From the NCBI GenBank assembly GCA_965217115.1, contig OZ244239.1, positions 928,001 to 992,000 on the forward strand: DNA of 64,000 bases, written 5' to 3'. A model generated the notes under the pieces. That model did not search any database. It worked only from the letters and a program-made list of their open reading frames with translations, and was not told the DNA's origin. Within the stretch, counting starts at the first letter, position 1, and each line of letters begins with the position of its first letter. Positions 1 to 9,280 of the stretch are shown here, one piece after another. This stretch comes from Bdellovibrionales bacterium (GTDB lineage: Bacteria; Bdellovibrionota; Bdellovibrionia; Bdellovibrionales; CAYMLA01). Made by a program: the position numbers and the translations under genes.

Positions 1-600
1 CATATATAATGTTTTTTTTCTTATTTGGAAAAGCACTAACCCCACATTTTCTCTCAATGCTTTGTTTTTCCATTTTCCTAGGATATAGGGCCGGCGTGAA
101 ATTTTTATTTTCAATGGCGCTTGTTTTTTTAACGACTTAAAAATGATTCTTTGTAACGGCCATAGCTTTCTACGCCATTTTTTCTTGATCACACTATCAG
201 CTAAGGAGATGTCTATGGGAGTTAAAATCAGAGATTCCAAGGCACTGACTCTTGGAGCAATGAAATCAGCAGAGCCTTCTATGAAACCTTTCTCAGCTTC
301 GCTTTCATCCTCAAAAGCCGTTAATTTTTCTTCTTCTGCGTTTAACGAAAATTCCTCATTTTTTTTTACACTCTCTTCTGATTCTTCTTCATCAATGCCT
401 AGATTTTTTAGCTCCTCATTACTCAACTCGTCATTACTCAACTCGTCATTGTTCAACTCGTCATTGTTCAAATCATCAACATATTCAATATCCTCTAACG
501 CTTGAGCCTTTAATTCATGGCATGAAAATCCATACCAAAAAACAGTCACAGCAAAAACATGTAATAATATCTTTAATCTACTCTTTGCCACTTTCACCAC
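1..600 (-). CDS. Partial hypothetical exported protein with acidic low-complexity N-terminal region (runs off the left edge)
   Basis: Hand-translated open frame from GTG at 600 (in-frame TGA just upstream) to position 1: MVKVAKSRLKILLHVFAVTVFWYGFSCHELKAQALEDIEYVDDLNNDELNNDELSNDELSNEEL... It has a signal-like N-terminus ending LKA. Not in the ORF track because no stop falls within the window. Confidence 0.75.
   Translation of the reverse strand, partial: MVKVAKSRLKILLHVFAVTVFWYGFSCHELKAQALEDIEYVDDLNNDELNNDELSNDELSNEELKNLGIDEEESEESVKKNEEFSLNAEEEKLTAFEDESEAEKGFIEGSADFIAPRVSALESLILTPIDISLADSVIKKKWRRKLWPLQRIIFKSLKKQAPLKIKISRRPYILGKWKNKALRENVGLVLFQIRKKTLYM
416..475. repeat. 4 x 15-bp tandem repeat encoding (L[N/S]NDE)n on the minus strand
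   Basis: tcattactcaactcg / tcattactcaactcg / tcattgttcaactcg / tcattgttcaaatca. Confidence 0.9.
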
Positions 601-818
601 TCAACTTCGCATTTACATATTTTAGGGCGTGTAAGCTCTACCATTCATCAAACAATACCATGAATATTCACTCTCAAGCAAAGCAAAGAAGACAATAAAG
701 CTCCCTAATCATCAGTGTCAATGCCATGAAATTAGACTTGAACTCGCTATTCTTTCTGCTACCATTCCTAAGTAAAAACACCTCTGAATGTTTGCAATAA
801 GAGAAAAGGAGTGCTTTT

Positions 819-1343
819 TTGAAACTGTCTCTTTATATTATTCTTCTCCTCTTACTCCCATCCAGTGCCTACTCTGTTAAAATAAAAAAAGGAGATGTTT
901 TTCCAACTTTTAAACTGAAAACTCTGGATAATCTAAAAGAGTTTTCTCTGGAAGATTTCAAAGGGAAAGTTGTCGTTTTAGACCTTTGGGCCCATTGGTG
1001 CGCCCCTTGCCTGGAAGCAATGCCTGAATTGGTAAAGTTACAAACAAAATACGGCCTCCATGGCTTACAGGTTGTTGGTGTTAACGTCGATCACAAAATC
1101 CCTAAAGCCATTGAATTTGTTAAGAAATTCCGTCCTAATTTCCCCATTGTTCATGATAAATCACAGAAATATTTGAAAAAAATTAACATACAGGTTCTTC
1201 CAACGACTTTTATTTTAGACCACAAACTAAGGCTCAAGGCTCTATTTAGAGGGTATGGCTCTAGTACGAAGAAAAATCTAGAGAGACAAATCAAAAAATT
1301 GCTACAGCAAGTCCCTCTATCCCCACCCGTGGGAAAGAAATGA
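819..1343 (+). CDS. TlpA/ResA-like exported thiol-disulfide oxidoreductase
   Basis: Signal peptide, KGKVVVLDLWAHWCAPC (CxxC) and LPTTFILD cis-Pro loop; SD aaggag before TTG. Confidence 0.9.
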   Translation: MKLSLYIILLLLLPSSAYSVKIKKGDVFPTFKLKTLDNLKEFSLEDFKGKVVVLDLWAHWCAPCLEAMPELVKLQTKYGLHGLQVVGVNVDHKIPKAIEFVKKFRPNFPIVHDKSQKYLKKINIQVLPTTFILDHKLRLKALFRGYGSSTKKNLERQIKKLLQQVPLSPPVGKK

Positions 1344-1583
1344 TCTAAAACAGAGCCATATCCAAACTGAAATGCGCTCTAAAGGATTTGAGCGCTTTTC
1401 TGAACAAATAACAGCAAATCGACAGACTCTCAAGCGACCCTAAGCCCCTCTTCACAGCCCATTCCTTCACCCCTTTAATTTTGTAAATTTATATATATAT
1501 GCTCTTTTTTCACTTATTTTCTTCTCATTTTCACTATTTCCACGTATTTAATGCTTTAAGAGAACCTTACCATGGAGGCTTTT

Positions 1584-2078
1584 GTGAAAAAAACAGATTT
1601 TCTCTTCGAAAGAATAGTCAGTGAGGTGCAAAAAATTAAAGACCTAGACACACTTAAGAAAGAACTCAAAAAACTCGCCAAAGAAATACAAAAAGAGATC
1701 CAAAAAATCGGAAGCCCCGTCGACCTCGCCAAAAACCAGCTAAAACAATTAGAACTTCAATACAGTGATCTTCTTAAAAAAATATCTAAGGCTCAGAAGC
1801 AATTTGATAAAGAGGTCTTCAATGCTCTTGGTAATATAAAAAAAGTACGCAAAGACGCGAAAAAAACTTTCCACTCTTACAAGAAAAAAGCTAAAACTCA
1901 AAAAAAGAAAATTAAAGTCGCCATCAAAAAGAAAGCTAAAAAGAAAACAGCTGCCGTAAAAAAAACTAGTAAAAAAATAGCTAAAAAAATCTCTAAAAAA
2001 ATTAATAAAAAACTAAATACAACTAAAAAAACCTCAACACGTAAAAAAAACTCAACACGTAAAAAAACCTCTTCTTAA
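1584..2078 (+). CDS. Coiled-coil protein with Lys-rich histone-H1-like C-terminal tail
   Basis: ORF 1572..2078; GGAGG precedes GTG at 1584. Tail KKAKKKTAAVKKTSKKIAKKISKK...STRKKNSTRKKTSS. Confidence 0.75.
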   Translation: MKKTDFLFERIVSEVQKIKDLDTLKKELKKLAKEIQKEIQKIGSPVDLAKNQLKQLELQYSDLLKKISKAQKQFDKEVFNALGNIKKVRKDAKKTFHSYKKKAKTQKKKIKVAIKKKAKKKTAAVKKTSKKIAKKISKKINKKLNTTKKTSTRKKNSTRKKTSS

Positions 2079-2101
2079 AAGCAAAGTAAAAGGTCATTGC
2101 T

Positions 2102-5038
2102 ATGAATAGCTTCTTTCCGTCACTTGATAACATGAACAATAATGAAGAGTTTATTTCAAGACACATTGGTCCTAATTCCTCAGAGACTCAAGAAATGCTA
2201 CAAAGCTTAGGAGTTAGTGATTTTGATAGCCTCATTAATAAAACACTTCCTGAAAATATTCTCACGAAGAAAGATTTTGACTTAAAACACGCACAAACAG
2301 AACACCAAACTCTCAAAGAGATCAAAGCTCTCGCTAAACAAAACCAGATTTACCGTACTTACATTGGCATGGGGTTTCACGATACCATCACACCTCCCGT
2401 TATTCAGAGAAATGTTTTTGAAAATCCTGGCTGGTACACAGCTTACACCCCCTATCAACCAGAGATTTCACAGGGACGCTTAGAGGCTCTTATTAATTTT
2501 CAAACCATGTGTTCTGAGCTCACTGGAATGGATATCTCTAATGCCTCTCTTCTCGATGAAGGAACTGCTGCAGCCGAAGCCATGATTTTGTGCCGCAATC
2601 AAATTCGTGATAAGAACAGGAAGACTTTCTTCATCAGCGACGACACCCATCCACACACTATTGAGGTTATCAAGACCCGCGCCCAACACTTGGATATAAA
2701 TATACAAATCGGCCCTGTTGTCTCTACAGATTGGTCTCTGTGTTTTGGAGCATTGCTCTCCTATCCGAACACCTATGGTTCCATTGAGAATATGAGTTCG
2801 CTCATTGCTAAAATACAAGGAAATGGTGCTCTTGTTGCTGTTGCAGTAGATCTACTCAGCTTAACTATTCTCAAGCCTCCCGGGGAGATGGGTGCAAATG
2901 TTGTCGTCGGTAACACACAGCGCTTTGGTGTTCCACTTGGTTTTGGCGGTCCCCATGCCGCATTTATGGCCACACAAGATAAATTTAAACGCAGTCTTCC
3001 TGGCCGCATAGTCGGTGTTTCGGTGGATACTAAAGGACGCAAATCTTATCGATTGGCTCTACAGACACGGGAACAGCACATCCGTCGAGAGAGAGCATCA
3101 AGTAATATCTGCACCGCCCAAGTTCTTTTGGCCAATATGGCTTCTTTCTATGCTGTTTATCATGGTCCACAGGGGCTTATTCGTATTGCTAAACGTATTC
3201 ACAAACTCACATCGGCACTCTACGAAGGACTGCAGTCTTTAGGTTTTGAATGTCTTCACGGAGATTTTTTTGACACAATCGTTCTTCGCACAGTCACTCC
3301 ATCTACTGAAAAAAAAGGACAGAAAAGCAACGACGAGATTTATCAAGAAGCATTGAATAAAAAAATTAACCTCAGAAAGGTCCCTCAAGGTTTAAGTATT
3401 TCCCTTAACGAAACAACGACTTCTGAGGATATTTCTGACATTTTAGAAGTTTTTAGTGGACAAAAAAGAGACCTCACAAAGCTCATCGCAGATGCATCTA
3501 AAAAAATCCCTGATGACCTTATTCGATTATCTACTTTTATGACTCATAAGGTTTTTAACTCTTTTCACAGTGAAACATCCATGCTCCGTTACATTCAAAA
3601 ATTACAGAACAAAGATCTCTCACTCACGCAAGCCATGATTCCTCTAGGCTCTTGCACCATGAAGCTCAATGCCACCACAGAACTTATCCCCGTGTCCTGG
3701 CCTGAGTTTAATAAGATCCATCCCTTTGTGCCTTTAGATCAAGCCAAAGGTTATCTACAGCTCATCAAAGAAACGGAACAAATGCTTGCCACTATCACTG
3801 GTTTCTCTTGCGTATCACTGCAACCCAACGCCGGCTCCCAAGGAGAGTTTGCAGGTCTACTTGTTATACGTCGCTACCAACAGGAGAAAAATCAAGGGGA
3901 ACGTAATATATGCCTCATACCCCATTCAGCCCATGGCACTAATCCTGCCAGCGCTGTTATGTCAGGACTTAAAGTCGTCGTCATCAAATGTGATAACGAT
4001 GGTAATATTGACGTTGACGATTTAAAAAACAAAGCTCAAGAACACAAGTCCCACTTATCTAGTTTAATGATCACCTATCCTTCCACCCACGGAGTCTACG
4101 AAGAAACCATCCAAAACATCTGTAAAATTATTCACGATAACGGCGGACAGGTCTACATGGACGGAGCCAACATGAATGCTCTTGTCGGGTTGGCTCGCCT
4201 TCCCGAGTTAGGGGCCGATGTGTGTCATCTAAATCTCCATAAAACATTTGCCATTCCCCACGGTGGCGGCGGTCCAGGCGTTGGACCCATTGGCGTCGCA
4301 GAACATTTAAAAAACTTCCTCCCAAACCATGGACTCGTTCCTGAGGCTGGACCTATCACGGGAATTGGTTCTACGACCTCGGCTCCTTGGGGAAGCGCCA
4401 GTATTTTACCCATCTCTTGGGCATATATGAAGATGCTGGGAGGCAACGGCCTCAGAAAAGCCACTGAATATGCTATTTTAAACGCTAACTACATTGCTAA
4501 GAAATTAGAAAACCATTATGAAATTTTGTACAAGGGAAAAAATGGCATGGTCGCCCACGAGTGCATTATTGATGTCAGACCCTTCAAACAAAGTGCGGGT
4601 GTCACGGTTGATGATATCGCTAAACGACTGATTGATTATAGTTTTCACGCACCAACAATGTCTTGGCCTGTCCCCGGAACTCTTATGGTGGAACCCACAG
4701 AGAGCGAAGAAAAAAAAGAACTGGATCGCTTTATCAATGCCATGATCCGTATTCGAAAAGAGATACAGGCTATTGAAGAAGGTGTCTACTCCCGAGAAGA
4801 CAACGTTCTCAAAAATGCTCCTCATACAGTTGAAGGCCTCATTGCCCCCTCTTGGAGTCATGAGTATCCAAGGGACGAAGCTGCTTACCCTGTTCCTGGT
4901 TTAAGAGATAACAAGTACTGGGCTCCTATTACAAGAATCGACAATGCCTATGGCGATCGCAACTTAGTTTGCTCCTGTCCTGCCATAGAAGAATATGAGA
5001 CAGAAGAATATGAAACAGAAGAACATGAAACGAAATAA
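2102..5038 (+). CDS. gcvP: Glycine dehydrogenase (decarboxylating), glycine cleavage P protein
   Basis: WYTAYTPYQPEISQGRLE, LQTREQHIRRERASSNICTAQ, PLP-Lys motif HLNLHKTFAIPHGGGGPG, C-terminal DNAYGDRNLVCSC. Confidence 0.98.
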   Translation: MNSFFPSLDNMNNNEEFISRHIGPNSSETQEMLQSLGVSDFDSLINKTLPENILTKKDFDLKHAQTEHQTLKEIKALAKQNQIYRTYIGMGFHDTITPPVIQRNVFENPGWYTAYTPYQPEISQGRLEALINFQTMCSELTGMDISNASLLDEGTAAAEAMILCRNQIRDKNRKTFFISDDTHPHTIEVIKTRAQHLDINIQIGPVVSTDWSLCFGALLSYPNTYGSIENMSSLIAKIQGNGALVAVAVDLLSLTILKPPGEMGANVVVGNTQRFGVPLGFGGPHAAFMATQDKFKRSLPGRIVGVSVDTKGRKSYRLALQTREQHIRRERASSNICTAQVLLANMASFYAVYHGPQGLIRIAKRIHKLTSALYEGLQSLGFECLHGDFFDTIVLRTVTPSTEKKGQKSNDEIYQEALNKKINLRKVPQGLSISLNETTTSEDISDILEVFSGQKRDLTKLIADASKKIPDDLIRLSTFMTHKVFNSFHSETSMLRYIQKLQNKDLSLTQAMIPLGSCTMKLNATTELIPVSWPEFNKIHPFVPLDQAKGYLQLIKETEQMLATITGFSCVSLQPNAGSQGEFAGLLVIRRYQQEKNQGERNICLIPHSAHGTNPASAVMSGLKVVVIKCDNDGNIDVDDLKNKAQEHKSHLSSLMITYPSTHGVYEETIQNICKIIHDNGGQVYMDGANMNALVGLARLPELGADVCHLNLHKTFAIPHGGGGPGVGPIGVAEHLKNFLPNHGLVPEAGPITGIGSTTSAPWGSASILPISWAYMKMLGGNGLRKATEYAILNANYIAKKLENHYEILYKGKNGMVAHECIIDVRPFKQSAGVTVDDIAKRLIDYSFHAPTMSWPVPGTLMVEPTESEEKKELDRFINAMIRIRKEIQAIEEGVYSREDNVLKNAPHTVEGLIAPSWSHEYPRDEAAYPVPGLRDNKYWAPITRIDNAYGDRNLVCSCPAIEEYETEEYETEEHETK
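4988..5032 (+). repeat. 3 x 15-bp tandem repeat extending the GcvP C-terminus (EEYET EEYET EEHET)
   Basis: gaagaatatgagaca gaagaatatgaaaca gaagaacatgaaacg. Confidence 0.9.
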
Positions 5039-5089
5039 CATGATTCAAAACACTGACAATCCCATGATCGGAATCTCTGGATTCTCTAA

Positions 5090-5836
5090 ATGAGCTTGCA
5101 CATTGTCTCAATTCCCATTGGCCATCCAGATGATGTCACTCTCAGAGCGATCAACACCTTAAAATCTTCAGATTTAATTATTGGTGAGGAGCGCAAGGTC
5201 GCTGTCAGGTTCTTGAAAAGTATTGGTTTAAGTGACTTTAAATTGGAGCTTCTTAACGAGCATTCTGATAGTCAAGATTTAGATTTTTTAGAAGATCAGT
5301 GTCTTCACAAAAAAGTATCTTTGATTTCAGATTGTGGAACTCCTGTTTTCTGTGACCCTGGTTCACAACTAATTGATCGCTGTCGTAAAAAAAACATCTC
5401 TCTGGTTGCTATCCCAGGGGCATCGAGTCTTATGACTCTTCTATCTCTTAGCAGTAAAGCGATTAAAGAATTTCATTTCCACGGTTTTCTCCCTGCCAAC
5501 AATGAAAAGCGCCAAGGTTTCTTACAGGCCCTTGCCAAGGAGAAACAAGCCTCCGTACTGATGGACACCCCCTATAGATTAAAAAAAACCTTAACAGAAT
5601 TGGCGAAATTTATTCCTCACCGAGAATCTCTCCTGGGGATCAACCTCACTCAAGAGAATGAATATGTTTTAGAAGGAACCTTAAAAGAAATCGTACAGAG
5701 GTTTTCCCAAAAAGAAACTTCAACTGAGAGAGCATTACCAGATAAAGCAGAATTTATTATTTTTCTCTACACGATTGAGAAAAATCACTCACAATCAAAG
5801 CAACGACCTCAGATCAAACATCGATCAAGGCGTTAA
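5090..5836 (+). CDS. rsmI: 16S rRNA (cytidine-1402-2'-O)-methyltransferase, tetrapyrrole methylase family
   Basis: LHIVSIPIGHPDDVTLRA, LISDCGTPVFCDPG, IPGASS, GFLP and TPYRL motifs. Confidence 0.88.
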   Translation: MSLHIVSIPIGHPDDVTLRAINTLKSSDLIIGEERKVAVRFLKSIGLSDFKLELLNEHSDSQDLDFLEDQCLHKKVSLISDCGTPVFCDPGSQLIDRCRKKNISLVAIPGASSLMTLLSLSSKAIKEFHFHGFLPANNEKRQGFLQALAKEKQASVLMDTPYRLKKTLTELAKFIPHRESLLGINLTQENEYVLEGTLKEIVQRFSQKETSTERALPDKAEFIIFLYTIEKNHSQSKQRPQIKHRSRR

Positions 5837-5837
5837 T

Positions 5838-6800
5838 TTAAAGCTTTTCAGTAAAGTCTGTTAGTAAGAAATAACGATCGAATAGAGAGTTGTATCGGGA
5901 CCACTTTTCCCCCGACTTTCGTTCGTCTTTCATAAAACCTTCAAGAATATTTATACGACTATCAAGTTCATCCACCATAGAAACAACAAGAGCCTCTAAA
6001 AACTTAGGTCGCTTAGGGCTGCCAAACTCCAACTTACCGTGATGACTTAAAACAATATGCTTACAGATATCTCTTAACTCATCAGAGAAGCCTTCAATAT
6101 GATTTGATTTCCTATCGATCAATTCTAAGGCAATGCCCATATGCCCTATCAACCGCCCTTTATCCGTGTAAGAAGTCGTTCCTCCATAGGACAACTCCCA
6201 AACCTTACCTATATCGTGATAAATAGCTCCAAAATACAGAAGATCTCGATTCAAAGTCTGATAATGGCTGGACAAAAATTTCATGATTTTTAAAATAGAC
6301 ATCGTGTGATCTAAAAGTCCCCCTATCCATGCATGATGAATATTCTTTGCCGCAGGAGCCTTTAATAGCAATGGCTTTATTTCTTTATCATTAACCGTAT
6401 TTTCCAGCAACTGTCGTAAATGACTATTTTCCACTTCATCAACAAATTGCAACAGCTCGACATACATTAACTCTGATGAATTATCACTCGCGGGTAGAAA
6501 GTCTTTAATATCATAATCATCGACTTGTACTTTTTGTATATCACGAATAATAATCTGCTTGCGCCCTTGAAAAACCTGTACAACTCCTTGCACCCAGGAT
6601 AAGTCACCATCATCAAACTTTTTGTTCAAGTCATCGGCATTATCCCAAACTCGCCCATCAATTTGTCCTGTTTTGTCAGAAAGCAACACAGATAAGTAGG
6701 GTTTTCCCGTTTTTCCCATGTTTAGATGCTTCTCTTTCACAAGAAGAACTGTCTCTATTTTATCTTTTTCCTGGAAATGCTCTACACTGATCTTTTTCAT
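5838..6800 (-). CDS. yhaM: 3'-5' exoribonuclease YhaM/Cbf1 family (OB fold + HD domain)
   Basis: GKPYLSVLLSDKTGQIDGRVWD, PAAKNIHHAWIGGLLDHT, YHDIGK, GRLIGH, SHHGKLEFGSP. Confidence 0.92.
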   Translation of the reverse strand: MKKISVEHFQEKDKIETVLLVKEKHLNMGKTGKPYLSVLLSDKTGQIDGRVWDNADDLNKKFDDGDLSWVQGVVQVFQGRKQIIIRDIQKVQVDDYDIKDFLPASDNSSELMYVELLQFVDEVENSHLRQLLENTVNDKEIKPLLLKAPAAKNIHHAWIGGLLDHTMSILKIMKFLSSHYQTLNRDLLYFGAIYHDIGKVWELSYGGTTSYTDKGRLIGHMGIALELIDRKSNHIEGFSDELRDICKHIVLSHHGKLEFGSPKRPKFLEALVVSMVDELDSRINILEGFMKDERKSGEKWSRYNSLFDRYFLLTDFTEKL

Positions 6801-6857
6801 GTGATTATCTTATAATGATTTGATCAAAGAAACATCGTTTTTTTTCACATCTCTCTC

Positions 6858-8018
6858 TTATCGCACTATTCCTTGCTCCCCATGACTCCCTCCACCGTCA
6901 CCCTGTGAATCTTTTTTTGGATGCTTCTTAGCAATCGCCTGTTGCACCTTTTCCTCACAAGTTTGATTATAATCGCCCATTATTTTAGCTGATTTCTTAG
7001 ACTGGAAGTTCTGCAAAGCTCCCTCGCAACAATCAGCAATGAGTGTTGTGAGCCCTTCTTTAAAAAGGGGTTTGAAATTCTTCTCTGCCAATGCTTTTAC
7101 ATTAAATTCAACGTGATAGGTGAATGGGCTTTTCCCTAAATCTTTAAAAAAGGCTCCTGAGAAATCACTCTCTTGAACAAACCTAGGGTGTTCTTTGTCG
7201 GTTTTAGCAAATAAACCCTTTTCGTCCAGTTCCCTAAGACCATCCCCTGCAAATACAAGGATTTTATCACCACTTGATATATTTTTTATTCTTGGAAAAC
7301 TAAAATCTCCATCTTTGATCCCTAAGGTGTACTTCTTGCCCCCTACTGTTATATCAGAAAATGATCGACCCTTCTTATCCCTGCGACAGGTAAATTCTGT
7401 TGGATTTAAAGACTCCAACAACCTTTCATCCGCGGAATCAACATTCTTGTATATAGTCATGCCTACCCAAGTTATACCAGCAATGACTCCATTAATGGCA
7501 ATTGAAATTGGCAACATATTAGCAGTTGTGATAACAATACCAACAGCATGGGCTTTAGGCGCTATTAATGATAAGAACACAGACGGTGATTTACTTGGTT
7601 TTTGATAGAGTTTATTTATCGCTGTGTAAAGGGAGCGAAAACTCCTATGGGAGGTCGCATTTAACTCTTTGCCATTAATAAGGAACTTTCCCTCAATGGC
7701 TTTTTGAAAACCGACGTTGACCTTCTCGCCACCCACCCTCATCACCAGATCATTGCCACTCACGGAGAGTTTTATCTTTTGGGATTTAGGTGTTTGCTCT
7801 ATCAGATCTTGGATGAACTTCCTGTCGTCTTTCAACTTCAATATCTTCTTTAAACCAACGAACATCTCCCGCGCATGGACGCCATGGATCTGTTCATAGG
7901 CTCGACCCATTAACTCTTGATTCACATCACTCAAAGGAGTCCCAAACACGACGGGTGAAAAAAGCAAGCCCACCATAGATGTAAAAAAAACTGACATCAG
8001 TAAAACCATTCTCTTCAT
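6858..8018 (-). CDS. Exported paralog-array protein, copy D (unknown function)
   Basis: ORF 6858..8054; GGAAGG SD favours ATG at 8018 (MKRMVLL). Signal peptide, internal PKAHA motif, hydrophobic segment, C/CC/C. Confidence 0.9.
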   Translation of the reverse strand: MKRMVLLMSVFFTSMVGLLFSPVVFGTPLSDVNQELMGRAYEQIHGVHAREMFVGLKKILKLKDDRKFIQDLIEQTPKSQKIKLSVSGNDLVMRVGGEKVNVGFQKAIEGKFLINGKELNATSHRSFRSLYTAINKLYQKPSKSPSVFLSLIAPKAHAVGIVITTANMLPISIAINGVIAGITWVGMTIYKNVDSADERLLESLNPTEFTCRRDKKGRSFSDITVGGKKYTLGIKDGDFSFPRIKNISSGDKILVFAGDGLRELDEKGLFAKTDKEHPRFVQESDFSGAFFKDLGKSPFTYHVEFNVKALAEKNFKPLFKEGLTTLIADCCEGALQNFQSKKSAKIMGDYNQTCEEKVQQAIAKKHPKKDSQGDGGGSHGEQGIVR

Positions 8019-8063
8019 CAGAAACCTTCCATTCAAATTCAATGGGTTTTTCATGTGCTGCTC

Positions 8064-9236
8064 TTATTTCACTGTTGTTCTATTATTAGTCGTTCCATCA
8101 TCACCTGATGAATCTTTTTTTGGATGCTTTTTAGCAATCGCCTGTTGCACCTTTTCCTCACAAGTTCGACTCCTAGCGCCCATCGTTCCATATGATCTCT
8201 TATTAAATTGGAAGTTCTCCAAAGCTCCATCGCAACAATCAGCAATGGCTGTGAGCCCTACTCTTAAAAAAGGCTTGAAATTTTTCTCTGCCAATTTTTT
8301 TAACCCACGTTTATCACCTTGATAAAAGCGGCTGCTTTTATAGTCTCTAAAAACAGCTTTTGAGAAATCACTCGCCTGAACAGATTTAGGGTATGGCTCG
8401 GTTCTAATAACTGAACCCCTTCTGTACCGTCCCCTAAAACCATCATTTGCAAATATAATCTCTCTTTTATGCCCATCAGCCTTACCAACTGATATGCTTT
8501 TTATTCTTGGACGATTAAACGCTCCATCTCTGATCTTTAAGGTGTACTTCTTGCCCCCTACTGTTATATCAGAAAATGACTGATCATCCTTATCCCTGCG
8601 ACAACTAAATTCCGTTGGATCTAAAGATTGCAGCAGCCTTTCATCCATAGGAGTGCCTCCAAGATTCGTATCTGACCCTAGAAAATCTATACCATTAAGA
8701 ATTGAGGGTATAAGAATTACAGGAGTCATTGCAGCAATAGCAGAAGTAGCTATCAAACCAAGAGCATAGGCTTTAGGCGCTATTAACGATAAAAACACAG
8801 ACGGTGATTTACTTGGCTTTTGATAGAGTTTATTTATCGCCGTGTAAAGAGACCGAAAACTCCTATGGGAGGTCACATTTAACTCTTTGCCATTAATAAG
8901 GAACTTTCCCTCGATGGCTTTTTGAAAGCCAACGTTGATCTTCTCTCCCCCCACACTCATCACCAGATCATTGCCACTCACGGAGAGTTTTATCTTTTGG
9001 GATTTAGGTGTTTGCTCTATCAGCTCTTGGATGAATTTCCTGTCGTCTTTCAACTTCAATATCTTCTTTAAACCAACGAACATCTCCCGCGCATGGACGC
9101 CATGGATCTGTTCATAGGCTCGACCCATTAACTCTTGATTCACATCACTCAAAGGAGTCCCAAACACGACTGGTGAAAAAAGCAAACTCACCATAGATGT
9201 AAAAAAAACTGACATCAGTAAAACCATTCTCTTCAT
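8064..9236 (-). CDS. Exported paralog-array protein, copy C
   Basis: ORF 8064..9260; start placed at MKRMVLL by homology with the other copies. Motif reads PKAYA. Confidence 0.9.
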   Translation of the reverse strand: MKRMVLLMSVFFTSMVSLLFSPVVFGTPLSDVNQELMGRAYEQIHGVHAREMFVGLKKILKLKDDRKFIQELIEQTPKSQKIKLSVSGNDLVMSVGGEKINVGFQKAIEGKFLINGKELNVTSHRSFRSLYTAINKLYQKPSKSPSVFLSLIAPKAYALGLIATSAIAAMTPVILIPSILNGIDFLGSDTNLGGTPMDERLLQSLDPTEFSCRRDKDDQSFSDITVGGKKYTLKIRDGAFNRPRIKSISVGKADGHKREIIFANDGFRGRYRRGSVIRTEPYPKSVQASDFSKAVFRDYKSSRFYQGDKRGLKKLAEKNFKPFLRVGLTAIADCCDGALENFQFNKRSYGTMGARSRTCEEKVQQAIAKKHPKKDSSGDDGTTNNRTTVK

Positions 9237-9280
9237 CACAGACCTTCCTTTCAAATTCAATGATTTTTCATGTGCTGCTC

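Noticed and set aside
143..505. 120-aa plus-strand Ser-rich ORF
   Set aside because: Antisense shadow of the acidic minus-strand gene at 1..600.
1344..2101. Glycine riboswitch upstream of gcvP
   Set aside because: No aptamer consensus seen; gcvP follows the upstream gene by only 23 bp.
7983..7990. T8 tract in the signal peptide of each array copy as a phase-variation switch
   Set aside because: It is 8 nt in all four copies and in frame; runs of this length are common in this AT-rich DNA.
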